Source: an uncultured Acidobacteriota bacterium (GTDB taxonomy: Bacteria > Acidobacteriota > Thermoanaerobaculia > UBA5066). Taken from it: a stretch of DNA of 64,000 nt. Every line of letters begins with the position of its first letter. The stretch's first letter is position 1. The position numbers and the translations under genes are program-made. This document shows, piece after piece, positions 10,142 through 20,275 of the stretch. Under the pieces are notes generated by a model. It made no database searches. It had not been told where the DNA came from and saw nothing but the letters and a program-made list of their open reading frames with translations. Location of the stretch: contig CAVZYA010000001.1 of assembly GCA_963779415.1 (NCBI GenBank), positions 2,016,001 through 2,080,000 of the forward strand. The letters are read 5' to 3'.

Positions 10142-10471
10142 ATGAAGATTCAGGAACTCGCGGAGCGGCTCGAGCTCAAAGCGGCCACCAAGGTCTTCGA
10201 CCGGGACGTGACGGGCGTCTACATCTCGGACATGGTCAGCGACGTGATCGCCAACGCCAAGGCGGGCGACCTGCTGGTCACCGCGCAGGCGCACGCCAAC
10301 GTGGTCGCCGCCGCCAACCTGGTCGACACCTGCGCCATCGTCATCACCCAGGGCAAGGCCCTCGGCGACGACGTGGTGAAGATGGCGGAGAAGGCCGAGA
10401 TCTCGGTCTTCACCACGGCCCTGAACCGCTGGCAAATGGCCACGAAGCTGTATGAGGCCGGCATCCGTTAG
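10142..10471 (+). CDS. DRTGG-domain protein
   Basis: VTGVYISDMVSDVIANAKAGDLLVT...AIVITQG pattern. Confidence 0.85.
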   Translation: MKIQELAERLELKAATKVFDRDVTGVYISDMVSDVIANAKAGDLLVTAQAHANVVAAANLVDTCAIVITQGKALGDDVVKMAEKAEISVFTTALNRWQMATKLYEAGIR

Positions 10472-10504
10472 ACGGCCGCCCCGAGGTGGCCCCGAGGTGA
10501 GGGC

Positions 10505-10873
10505 ATGCTTCTCGCGGAGATCGTCACGCTCCTCGGCTGCACGGAGCTGCTGGACCTCGACCCGCCCGGCGGCCGGGAGATCGCCGGCTGCTTCGCCGCC
10601 GACCTCATGAGCGAGGTGCTGGCCTTCTGCGGCCACGGACCCCTGCTCATCACCGGGTTGACCAACGTGCAATCGGTACACACGGCCGAGGTGGTCGACG
10701 CGCAGGCCATCCTCTACGTCAACGGAAAGCGGCCCGACGCGCAGGTGCTGGCCCTGGCCCGTGCGCGCGGCCTGCCCCTGCTCTCCACCCCCCTGACGAT
10801 GTACGAGGCCTGCGGCCGCCTGACCCGGGCCGGCCTGCCCGCCTCCACCAAGCAAAAGGGGACCGCGCCCTGA
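10505..10873 (+). CDS. DRTGG-domain protein
   Basis: CFAADLMSEVLAF, LLITGLTNVQSVHTAE, VNGKRP and TMYEACGRL. Confidence 0.85.
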   Translation: MLLAEIVTLLGCTELLDLDPPGGREIAGCFAADLMSEVLAFCGHGPLLITGLTNVQSVHTAEVVDAQAILYVNGKRPDAQVLALARARGLPLLSTPLTMYEACGRLTRAGLPASTKQKGTAP

Positions 10874-10885
10874 GCGAGGTGCTCT

Positions 10886-11299
10886 ATGCCGAGACGCTTC
10901 CAGATCCGCGGGGGCGACTTCGAGCACGGGGGAGAGGTGGCCACCCGCATCAAGTCCATCTGCAAGGAGCTGGGGATCCGTCCCGACCTCATCCGCCGGC
11001 TCTCCATCGCCAACTTCGAGGCGGAGATGAACGTCATCATGTACGCCGACCGGGCGGACCTGAGCTTTCGGGTCCTGCCCGAGGCGGTGCAGGTGGTCGT
11101 CGCGGACCGCGGCCAGGGGATCCCCGACATCGAGCTCGCCATGATCCCGGGCTGGTCCACCGCCACGCCCGAGATGCGCGCCCGAGGCTTCGGAGCGGGG
11201 CTCGGTCTGCCCAACATCAAAAACAGCGTGGACGAGTTCCATCTGGAGTCGACCCCCGGGGTCGGCACCACGCTCACCTATGTCGTACGACTCGCCTGA
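10886..11299 (+). CDS. Anti-sigma-factor-type Ser/Thr kinase (HATPase_c, RsbT/RsbW-like)
   Basis: N-box EAEMN, DRGQGIPDIELAM and GFGAGLGLPNIK. Confidence 0.9.
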   Translation: MPRRFQIRGGDFEHGGEVATRIKSICKELGIRPDLIRRLSIANFEAEMNVIMYADRADLSFRVLPEAVQVVVADRGQGIPDIELAMIPGWSTATPEMRARGFGAGLGLPNIKNSVDEFHLESTPGVGTTLTYVVRLA

Positions 11300-12620
11300 C
11301 CTCCCGGAAGGCGACCGCGCCCCGAGCAGGCACTCGATCGTCTTCGACCCGCAACGCTGCGTGGGTTGCGTCGATTGCTGCAAGGCCTGCCCCACCGGGG
11401 CCATCCGCGTGCGGAGCGGGTGCGCGGTGGCCGACCCCGAGCTGTGCATCGACTGCGGCGGGTGCATCCGCTGGTGCCGGCACGGGGCGGTGCATGCGGT
11501 CACCGCCACCTCCGCGGACCTCAGGCGCTTCAAGTACACGGTGGCCTTGCCCACGCTGACCCTCTACTCCCAGTTCGGAAAGGACGTGGAGCCGGGCCAG
11601 GTGCTGCAGGCTCTCCGGACTCTCGGCTTCGACGACGTCTACGACCTGTCGGCCATGTGCGACATGCACGCCAGCGCCACCGACGCCTATCTTTCGGAGT
11701 GCCACGGTCCCTGGCCCAAGATCTCGGTGACCTGCCCCGCCATCATCCGCCTGATACAGCTCCGCTACCCGGACATGATCGACAACCTGCTCCCCATCGA
11801 GACCCCGAGGGAACTCGCCGCCAAGCTGCTGCGCCGGCGGCTGGTGGCGGAGAAGGGGCTCGACCCCGGCGACATCGGCATCTTCCTCATCACTCCCTGC
11901 AGCGCCATGCTGCAATCCATCCACCACCCGGAGACCCTGGAGGCGTCGTACATGGACGGGGCCTTCTCCATCGCCGAGCTCTACGGTCCCCTGCTCCGGG
12001 CCATCAAGGCCGGCGGGCCGGCAGAGAACCCCCCGCTCCTCAGCGAGCGCGGACTGCTCTGGGCGATGGCGGGCGGCGAGATCGCGGGTCTTCGCAACGC
12101 CAACACGATGACCATCGGGGGGGTGCGCGACGTCCTGCGCGTCTTCGACCACATCGAGGAGGGAAAGCTCCAGGCCGTCGACTTCATCGAGGCCTACGTC
12201 TGCCCGGACGGCTGCATCAGCGGGCAGCTCACGGTGGAAGGCCACTACGCCGCCCGGCGCACCGTGCGGGAGATCGTGCGCCGGCACGGCCGGCAGGCGG
12301 GAGAAGGGGCGGTGGTGCCCGAGGAGAAGGTGCGCGCGATGCTGCAGGAGCACTTCTTCGACCTCGAAGAGCACCTGCAGGCCCGTCCCGTGCGCCCCCT
12401 GGGGCGCGACCTGCGCGAAGCGGCGGCGCGCAAGCGGGAGGTGGGGCGAGTGCTGGCACAGCTGCCGGCCAAGAACTGCGCGGCGTGCGGCGCCCCCGGC
12501 TGTGCCGCCCACGCCGAGGACGTCGTGCGCGGCAGGGCCGAGCTGGAAGACTGCGTCTTCGTCCGCATCGAACGCCTGCAGGAGGCGATCGCCTCCATGA
12601 AGGAACCCGGCCATGAGTAG
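11280..12620 (+). CDS. [FeFe]-hydrogenase-like Fe-S protein (2x4Fe-4S, degenerate H-domain, C-terminal FeS domain)
   Basis: Two CxxCxxCxxxC motifs; VTCP, TPCSAM and EAYVCPDGCISG; C-terminal NCAACGAPGC...EDC. Confidence 0.85.
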   Translation: MSYDSPDLPEGDRAPSRHSIVFDPQRCVGCVDCCKACPTGAIRVRSGCAVADPELCIDCGGCIRWCRHGAVHAVTATSADLRRFKYTVALPTLTLYSQFGKDVEPGQVLQALRTLGFDDVYDLSAMCDMHASATDAYLSECHGPWPKISVTCPAIIRLIQLRYPDMIDNLLPIETPRELAAKLLRRRLVAEKGLDPGDIGIFLITPCSAMLQSIHHPETLEASYMDGAFSIAELYGPLLRAIKAGGPAENPPLLSERGLLWAMAGGEIAGLRNANTMTIGGVRDVLRVFDHIEEGKLQAVDFIEAYVCPDGCISGQLTVEGHYAARRTVREIVRRHGRQAGEGAVVPEEKVRAMLQEHFFDLEEHLQARPVRPLGRDLREAAARKREVGRVLAQLPAKNCAACGAPGCAAHAEDVVRGRAELEDCVFVRIERLQEAIASMKEPGHE

Positions 12621-13014
12621 ACAAATGCTCGTGCTGGAGCTCTGCTGCCCCCAGTGCGGCGCGGCGCTCACCGAGGGGACCCGGGTGCGCCTCGACGGCC
12701 ACGTGCGCCGCACCCACCAGCCGGTGGAGGTCTCCCTGAGCGCCGTCTTCGGCGACTACAGCGTGGAGGCGGACCTCGCCCTGGAGGAGGGCGACGTCGT
12801 CGATCTCAGCTGCCCCAGATGCGAGGCCAGCGTGATGCTGCCGCTGGCCTGCAAGATCTGCGGCGCCAGCATGGCGTCGCTCAACATTGCCAAGGGCGGC
12901 TACCTGGAGTTCTGCTCCCGGCGCGGCTGCAAGGCCCACGCCTTCGGGGGCACCGGCGACATCGACGACATGATGAGCCTGATGAACCGCATGTTCAAGA
13001 CGCCCTATGACTAG
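12613..13014 (+). CDS. Cys-rich putative Zn/Fe-binding protein
   Basis: CPQC, CPRC, CKIC and CSRRGC..H motifs; overlaps the upstream gene. Confidence 0.75.
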   Translation: MSRQMLVLELCCPQCGAALTEGTRVRLDGHVRRTHQPVEVSLSAVFGDYSVEADLALEEGDVVDLSCPRCEASVMLPLACKICGASMASLNIAKGGYLEFCSRRGCKAHAFGGTGDIDDMMSLMNRMFKTPYD

Positions 13015-13036
13015 GGCGGCCCCGGGAGACCACGAC

Positions 13037-13517
13037 ATGGAAGCGCCTCGGGTCTATGACTTCAGGAACCTCCACTACAGGGGGGAGGGCGGGGTCCTGA
13101 TCCCGCTCCTGCAGAAAGTCCAGACCGAGGACGGCTACATCTCCCGCGAGCGGATCGCCGAGATCCACAGGAAGACGGGGGTGCCCCTCTCGCAGATCTT
13201 CGGGGTGGCCACCTTCTACGCCCAGTTCCGGCTGCACCCCGTGGGCCGCAACATCATCAAGGTCTGCCACGGCACGGCCTGCCACGTGGCGAAAGCCGAG
13301 GGGATCTCCAGGACTCTGCGAGGACCAGCTGAAGATCGGGGAGGGGGAGACCACTCCGGACCGCGAGTTCACCCTGGAGACGGTCTCCTGCCTGGGCTGC
13401 TGCAGCCTGGCCCCGGTGATCATGATCAACAAGGAGACCCACGGCAACCTCAAGCCCACCGATCTCAGGAAGGTGCTCAAGCCCTACCGGGACGGGAAGA
13501 CGGAGGCGGGCTCGTGA
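13037..13517 (+). CDS. NuoE/HydC/StnA-like [2Fe-2S] subunit (frameshift near 13318)
   Basis: LIPLLQKVQ...GVATFYAQF, CHGTACH and CLGCCSLAP. Confidence 0.88.
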
Positions 13518-15279
13518 GGATCCTGGTGGGGCTCGGCACGTGCGGGGTCGCGGCGGGCGCCGGGGCGACCTACGCCGCGATCCTGGCCAAGGCGGGGCCG
13601 CGGAGCGACCGCTGCAAGGTTGAGAAGACCGGCTGCGTGGGGATGTGCTATCGCGAGCCGCTCGTGGAGCTGCGCGAGGACGACGGGACGCGCTGGCAGT
13701 ACGGGCAGATGACCCCCGACAGGGTCGACCGGCTGCTCGAAGAGCACGTCGAGAAGGGCCAGCCCATCGAGGAGTGGCTGGTCTGGACGAGCGACGGCAA
13801 GGGCAAGGAGAATTCCTTCCTCGACCGCCAGCAGCGCATCGTGCTGCGCAACTGCGGCGTGATCGACCCGGAGAAGATCGAGCAATACCTGGAGGTGGGC
13901 GGGTACGAGGCCCTCCAGAGCGTCCTCGGCCAGAAGGACCCCGACGGCCTCATCAACCTGATCATCGACTCCGGGCTGCGTGGGCGCGGGGGGGCGGGCT
14001 TCCTCACCGGGATGAAGTGGCGCTTCACCCGACGGGCCGCCGGGCAGGCAGAAGTACGTGATCTGCAACGCCGACGAGGGCGACCCCGGGGCCTTCATGG
14101 ATCGCTCCGTCCTGGAGAGCGACCCCCACTCGGTGCTGGAGGGGATGGCCATCGCCGGCCACGCCATCGGCTCCACCCGGGGCTACATCTACGTCCGCGC
14201 CGAGTACCCGATGGCCGTCGAGCGGCTGAACATCGCCATCGCCCAGGCCGAGGCGCGCCGCCTTCTGGGCGACAACGTCTTCGGCACCGGGTTCGAGTTC
14301 CGCGTCGAGCTGAAGGAAGGGGCGGGGGCTTTCGTCTGCGGCGAGGAGACCGCCCTCATCGCCTCGATCGAGGGCCGTCGCGGCATGCCGCGGGTGCGGC
14401 CCCCCTTTCCCGCGGTCAAGGGCCTGTGGGAGTGCCCAACCTGCATCAACAACGTGGAAACCTTCGCCAACGTCCCCTGGATCGTGCGGAACGGGGCGCA
14501 GGCCTTCAATCGCCTCGGCACCGCCAACAGCAAGGGCACCAAGGTCTTCGCCATGGCCGGCAAGATCCGGCGGGGCGGGCTCGTGGAGGTCCCCATGGGG
14601 ATCTCCATCCGGGAGATCGTCCACGAGGTCTGCGGGGGCATCAAGGAGAACCGCAGAGTTCAAGGCCGTGCAGATGGGCGGCCCCTCCGGAGGCTGCATC
14701 CCCGCGGAGCTGGAGAACACGGTCATCGACTACGAGTCCATCAACAAGACGGGCGCCATCATGGGCTCGGGCGGGCTGGTGGTGCTCGACGAGACCACCT
14801 GCATGGTGGACGTGGCCCGCTTCTTCCTGGACTTCACCCAGCGCGAGTCCTGCGGAAAGTGCACGTTCTGCCGGGTGGGCACCAAGCGGATGCTGGAGAT
14901 CCTCACCCGCATCACCGAGGGAAAGGGGATGGAGGGGGACATCGAGAGGCTGGAGAACCTGGCCTCCCTGGTGAAGAACAACTCGCTGTGCGGCCTGGGC
15001 CAGACCGCCCCGAATCCGGTGCTCACCACCCTCAAGTACTTCCGCGCGGAGTACGAGGCGCACATCTCCAACCGCAAGTGCCCCGCTCACCAGTGCCAGG
15101 CCCTGCTCACCTACACCGTCAACGAGAAGTGCAACGGCTGCGGAGTGTGCGGGCGGGTCTGCACGGCCAAGGCCATCACCGGCAAGAAACGCAAGCCCTG
15201 CGTCATCGACCACAGCCGGTGCACCCGCTGCGACGAGTGCTACCGGGCCTGCCGCTTCGAAGCGATCTCGAGGGTGTAG
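13514..15279 (+). CDS. NuoF/HydB/StnB-like FMN/NAD(H) subunit (frameshifts near 14045 and 14655)
   Basis: N-terminal Trx-like 2Fe-2S domain, [50 protein letters not shown] and a C-terminal 2x4Fe-4S domain. Confidence 0.9.
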
Positions 15280-15283
15280 GGTC

Positions 15284-18200
15284 GTGGAACTCGTCAAGCT
15301 CCACATCGACGGCAAGCGGGTCATCGCCGACAACCGCATGACCATCCTGGAGGTGGCCCGCGAGAACGGGATCACCTCCATCCCCACCCTCTGCCACGAC
15401 GGGCGCCTCGAGCCCTTTGCCTCCTGCTTCGTCTGCGTGGTGAAGGTGCAGGGGGCGCGCACCCTCGTGCCGGCCTGCTCCACCCGGGTGGCGGCGGGCA
15501 TGGTGGTGGAGACCGTGAGCCCGGAGATCCGGCGTTCGCGCAAGGCGGCTCTGGAGCTGATGCTCTCCAACCACTTCGCGGACTGTATCGGTCCCTGCCA
15601 GCTGGCCTGCCCGGCGGGGGTGGACATCCAGGGCTACATCGCCCTGGCCGCACTGGGCAAGTACCACGACGCCATCGCCCTCATCAAGGACCGCAACCCC
15701 CTTCCCGCGGTCTGCGGGCGCGTCTGCACCCGCCCCTGCGAGGTCAAGGGCTGCCGGCGCACCCTGCTCGACGAGGCCGTGGGCGTCGACTACATCAAGC
15801 GCTATCTCTCCGACGCTCGATCTGGGCGACAAGGACCCCTGGCGCCCGACCGTGGCCCCTCCGAACGGCAAGAAGGTGGCGGTGGTGGGGGCGGGCCCGG
15901 CGGGGCTGTCGTGCGCCTACTACCTCGCCGTCCGCGGCTACAACGTCTCGATGTTCGAGGCCCAGCCCGAGGCGGGGGGGATGCTGCGCTACGGCATCCC
16001 CGAGTACCGCCTGCCCAAGGACGTGCTCGACCTGGAGATCAACCAGATCCTCGACCTCGGCGTCCAGATCTCCACCAACGTCCAGCTCGGGCGCGACTTC
16101 ACGATCGCCAGCCTGAAGCAGGGGGGCTACGACGCCATCTTCCTGGGGCTCGGGGCCTGGGACAGCTCCAGGATGCGCGTCGAGGACGAGGACTCCCCGG
16201 GGGTTCTTGCCGGCATCGACTTCCTCAAGCAGTTCGGCCTCAAGCGCAGGATCGACATCCACGGCAGGGTGCTGGTGGTGGGGGGCGGCAACACGGCCAT
16301 CGACTGCGCGCGCACCGCCCTGCGTCTGGGCGTCGCCGAAGTGCGCCTCCTCTACCGGCGCACGCGCAAGGAGATGCCCGCGAGCGAGATGGAGATCGTG
16401 GAGGCGGAGCACGAGGGCGTGAAGATGGACTTCCTGGTCGCCCCCGTGCGGGTGCTGCGCGGGGAGAACGGCCGGGTGGCGGGGGTGGAGTGCATCCGCA
16501 TGGAGCTGGGCGAGCCCGACCAGAGCGGCCGCCGCAGCCCCAAGCCCGTTCGCGGCTCCGAGTTCCGCATCGACTGCGATTTCGTCCTCGCCGCCATCGG
16601 CCAGGCGACGCGCCTCTCGGAGCTGGTGGACGGGCGGGTGCCCAACTTCCTCCCTCTTGGCGAGTCGCTGAGCCTCACCCGCTGGCAGACCGTCGAGGTC
16701 AACGAGCGGACCTTCGAGACGACCGTGGACGGAGTCTTCTCGGGGGGCGACGTGGTGACGGGGGCGGCCACCGCCATCGAGGCCATCGCCGCCGGACGCA
16801 AGGCCGCCTACGCCATCGACCGTTACGTGGCCACGGGCCGGGCCGAGCCCGAGCCGGTGGAGGTCTACAGCCGCAAGGACGCCTACCGAAGGTCAAGGTC
16901 GAGGACCTGCCCCCCGGCTCCACCGAGAGGCGGCGGAGCATGCCCGTGCTTCCCGCCGCGGAGCGCGCCCTCAGCTTCGCCGAGGTGGAGACCGGCTACA
17001 GCCGCGAGGACCTGCGCCGGGAGACGGCAGCGCTGCCTGGAGTGCGGCTGCAGCGCCCTCTTCACCTGCGATCTGCGGCGCTACGCCACCGAGTACGGGG
17101 CCGACCTCACGACGTTCATGGGCGAGGCCGTCGAGCACCCCGTCGACCGGCGCCACCCGCTGCTGGTGCTCGACCCCAACAAGTGCGTGCTGTGCGGCCG
17201 CTGCGTCCGAATCTGCAGCGAGCTGGTGGGGGTGGCCGCCTACGGCTTCGTCAAGCGCGGCTTCGACACCGTGGTCAAGCCCGCCCTGGGCGACTCCCTG
17301 CTCGACACCGAGTGCGTGAGCTGCGGGCTCTGCATCGGCACCTGCCCCACGGGGGCCATCGCCGAGAAGCTGCCCCTGGCCAAGTCCGGCCCCTGGAAGA
17401 CCACACCGGGTGGAGTCGGTGTGTCCCTACTGCAGCGCGGGCTGCCGGCTGGGCTACGAGGTCTCCGGAACCACCCTGGTGCAGGTCTCGCGCGCGGGTG
17501 ACGGCACCGACGGCAACCACTGCAGGAAGGGGCGCTTCGGCTACGGCCACGTGCAGTCGGCCGAGCGCCTGCGCTGGCCCCTGCTGCGCGTCGGGCGCGA
17601 GCTGCAGGAGACGAGCCTCGACGAGGCCCTGCGCTACTCCAGCATGCGGCTCAAGGAGCTCGCCCGCCGCTACGGCGGCGACCAGATGGCGGTGTTCGTC
17701 TCCCCCCGCCTGACCAACGAGGAGATCTACCTCGCCCAGAAGCTGGCCCGGGTGGCTCTGCGCACGCACAACGTGACCTCGCTGGCCCACCTCGTCAACC
17801 GCGAACTGCAGGCCCCGGAGGTGGTGTCCACGGCCTCCTGCGCGGAGATCCGCGACGCCCAGGCCCTGCTGGTGGTCAACACGGCCCTCGACGAGGAGAG
17901 CTTCGCGGTGGACATCGCCTGCAAGCAGGCCATCCGCAAAGGCGCCCGCCTCGTCTACGTCGGCCCCGAGGACAATCTCACCTCGCGCTTCGCCGAGTTG
18001 CACTTGCGTTGCCAACCCGGCGGGCAGGCGTTTGCCATCCTCGGCCTGCTGAAGGACTACGCCGCCCTGCAGCCGGGCGCCCTCGACGACCGGCCAGAGC
18101 TGGCCCAGGCGGTGGCCGATCTCTCCGACGAGCACCTGGAGAAGCTCTCCGGGGTGGCGCGCGCTGCCTCGCGCGAGGCGGCCGCCCTCCTGGCCAGGAC

Positions 18201-19045
18201 CATTCTCAAGGTGATGCTGTTCAACAAGGACTACCGAGGCTCGCGGCGGACCCACGACGAGCGGCTTTTTGCCGAGGCGGCTGCGGCCCTGGGCTGCTCG
18301 CTGCTCGCCCTGCGCGAGAAGGCGAACAGCCCAGGGGCTGCTCGACATGGGCGCCGACCCGCGCTGGCTGCCCGGCTACGTCGACCCCGGGGGCGGCGAG
18401 GCCCTGGAGAAGATGGAGAAGGAGCTGGGGGTCGTCCTGGGCGACCTCTCCCCGCCCGGCCTGGACGTGGCCCAGCTCCTGCGCGACAAGAAGATCAGGG
18501 TCGCCATCGTGCTCGGCGAGGACCCGGTGGGCGCCCCCGGTTTCCCGCAGGAGCTGAGCGACGGCCTCCTGGCCGCCGACTTCCTGCTCGTGGGCGACCT
18601 GTTCCTCACTCCCACCGCCGCCCTCGCCACCGTGGCCCTGCCGCTGTCGAGCACGGCCGAGACGAGCGGCACCATGACCAACGCCGAGCGCCGCGTTCAG
18701 CGACTGCAGCGCGCGGTGCCCCCCGCCGGCGGGATGGAGACCTGGGAGATCCTCGCCCGGCTCGCGAGCCTGCTCGGCTACCGGTTCAAGATGAAGTACG
18801 GGTCCGCCGAGGACGTCACCGCGGAAATCCGACGGGTGGTGCCGATCTGGGCGGGGCTCGACCTTGGCTCCGACAGTGCGGTCTGGGACGCAGGTGGCTT
18901 CAGGCTGCCCAGGGTTTCGTTCACCGGGCCGGGGGAAGTGCTTGCCCCCGTCCCCACCCTCGGGCTCGACACCCTGGAGGTCCGCTTTTCGGCCTGGTTC
19001 GACAAGATCTTCGAGAAGGCCCGCCGGGAGCTGCACGCCGTATAA
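15284..19045 (+). CDS. StnC/NfnA/SfrAB-like fusion: 2Fe-2S, GltD-like FAD/NADPH domain, Fe-S clusters and a cofactor-less molybdopterin-oxidoreductase domain (about 5 frameshifts)
   Basis: IPTLCH...CFVC...PACST; [10 protein letters not shown]; [32 protein letters not shown] and YRR; [11 protein letters not shown]; CPYCSAGC...CRKGRFG; [15 protein letters not shown]. Confidence 0.85.
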
Positions 19046-19105
19046 GAGCCGAAATCTGAATTGCGCTCCCGTAGCTGCAAACACAGGACCTATAGAATGC
19101 CTGCC

Positions 19106-19366
19106 GTGAGCTCAAAGATCGCGCCAGCCGACGGCATAAGGGAACTCCTGCGAAGACGGGTCCCGCGTGCCAGGGACCTCGACGATCTTCCGGATGAATT
19201 GCAGCTTGGGGAAGGCGGCCTCGGACTGGACTCGATCGCTCTCGTCGAACTGCTCCTCGAATGCGAGCGGCAGTTGGGCCTGCCACCACTACTGGCGCTT
19301 CTCGATGGCCCCCCGCTGACTGTCGGCCTTTTGGCGGAACACGCCCGGGTCCGCGCACGTCGGTGA
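19106..19366 (+). CDS. Acyl carrier protein
   Basis: GLGLDSIALVEL phosphopantetheine-serine motif; alternative ATG at 19097. Confidence 0.85.
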   Translation: MSSKIAPADGIRELLRRRVPRARDLDDLPDELQLGEGGLGLDSIALVELLLECERQLGLPPLLALLDGPPLTVGLLAEHARVRARR

Positions 19367-20217
19367 GCCAGGCGGCTCGGCGCTCCTTTGATTTCCTGGA
19401 GCGGTGTCTCAGCCAGATGGCGGAGCATCAGCTGCCGTTTTCGCTATCCGCCGCCGGTCACGTCGGAAACCTGCGAAATCGCCTTTCGCGGCGCTGGCCG
19501 AGTCCGGAACAGGTCCAGATTCTGTTCCCGTCGCTCAACCGGCAAGAAGCGGCAAGGGTTGCCTGGAAGATCGGAGGAATTGAGGCCCGCAATCGCATCC
19601 TGACGAGATACCTGGAGAAAGACGGAGACCGACTGTTGCTGGAGCTGATGCCTCGACCGGCCCCGGCGCTCTCACGTCTCCATCCGCCACTCATCCTGGG
19701 TTTCTTCCACGTCGGTGCTCCGCATGCCCTCGGAGCGGTTTTCGATTGGCTACCCGAACCGGTCCTCTCCCTGCGCCTCGGCCTTCGAAAGCCGGCCGTC
19801 CCGACGCGCACGGTGCTGACGATCGGAAGACGCGCCCAACAGCGAGCGTTCGTGTTCTCCCGTGCCCTGGCCCATCTGCAGGCTGGCGGAGTCGTCGCTT
19901 CGGCCCTGGACTTCGTACCTGGCCCGAGTCTCAGGGTGCCCTTTCTCGGCCGCTCATTGGAGTTGGCCCGGGGACCCTTTGCCATGGCGCGGCTCGCCGG
20001 CGTTCCGCTGGTGCCGCTGGCGGCGCGCTGGCACGGCGGCACGGTGCAGGTCGAGATCGGCGACGAGATGGTCGCGGATGGCTTCTCGAGCCCCGAGATC
20101 TTCGAGCGGACACTGGCCACGGCTGCTGCCGGCTGGCTCGAGAACTACGTGCGGCGCGATCCCGGCGAGATGGGACTGGGCCTTCTCCACCGGCTCGTCC
20201 TGTCCAGCGACAAGTAG
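19363..20217 (+). CDS. LpxL/HtrB-like lysophospholipid acyltransferase-superfamily protein
   Basis: LILGFFHVG, LQAGGVVASALD and VPFLGR...GPFAMARLAGVPLVP; GTGA overlap with the ACP gene. Confidence 0.75.
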   Translation: MSQAARRSFDFLERCLSQMAEHQLPFSLSAAGHVGNLRNRLSRRWPSPEQVQILFPSLNRQEAARVAWKIGGIEARNRILTRYLEKDGDRLLLELMPRPAPALSRLHPPLILGFFHVGAPHALGAVFDWLPEPVLSLRLGLRKPAVPTRTVLTIGRRAQQRAFVFSRALAHLQAGGVVASALDFVPGPSLRVPFLGRSLELARGPFAMARLAGVPLVPLAARWHGGTVQVEIGDEMVADGFSSPEIFERTLATAAAGWLENYVRRDPGEMGLGLLHRLVLSSDK

Positions 20218-20275
20218 CTTCCGGTCTCTTGGTTCGACCGGAGCACCCGTGGGCGGGTGCGCGGCCCGGCGGTCG

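Noticed and set aside
13037-19045. Respiratory complex I nuoEFG or an NAD-dependent formate dehydrogenase
   Set aside because: No membrane nuo genes are present, the large subunit has an inserted GltD domain, and the Mo/W ligand is missing.
15284-19045. Selenocysteine recoding in the Fdh-like domain
   Set aside because: No in-frame TGA at the ligand position; the breaks are frameshifts, not stops.
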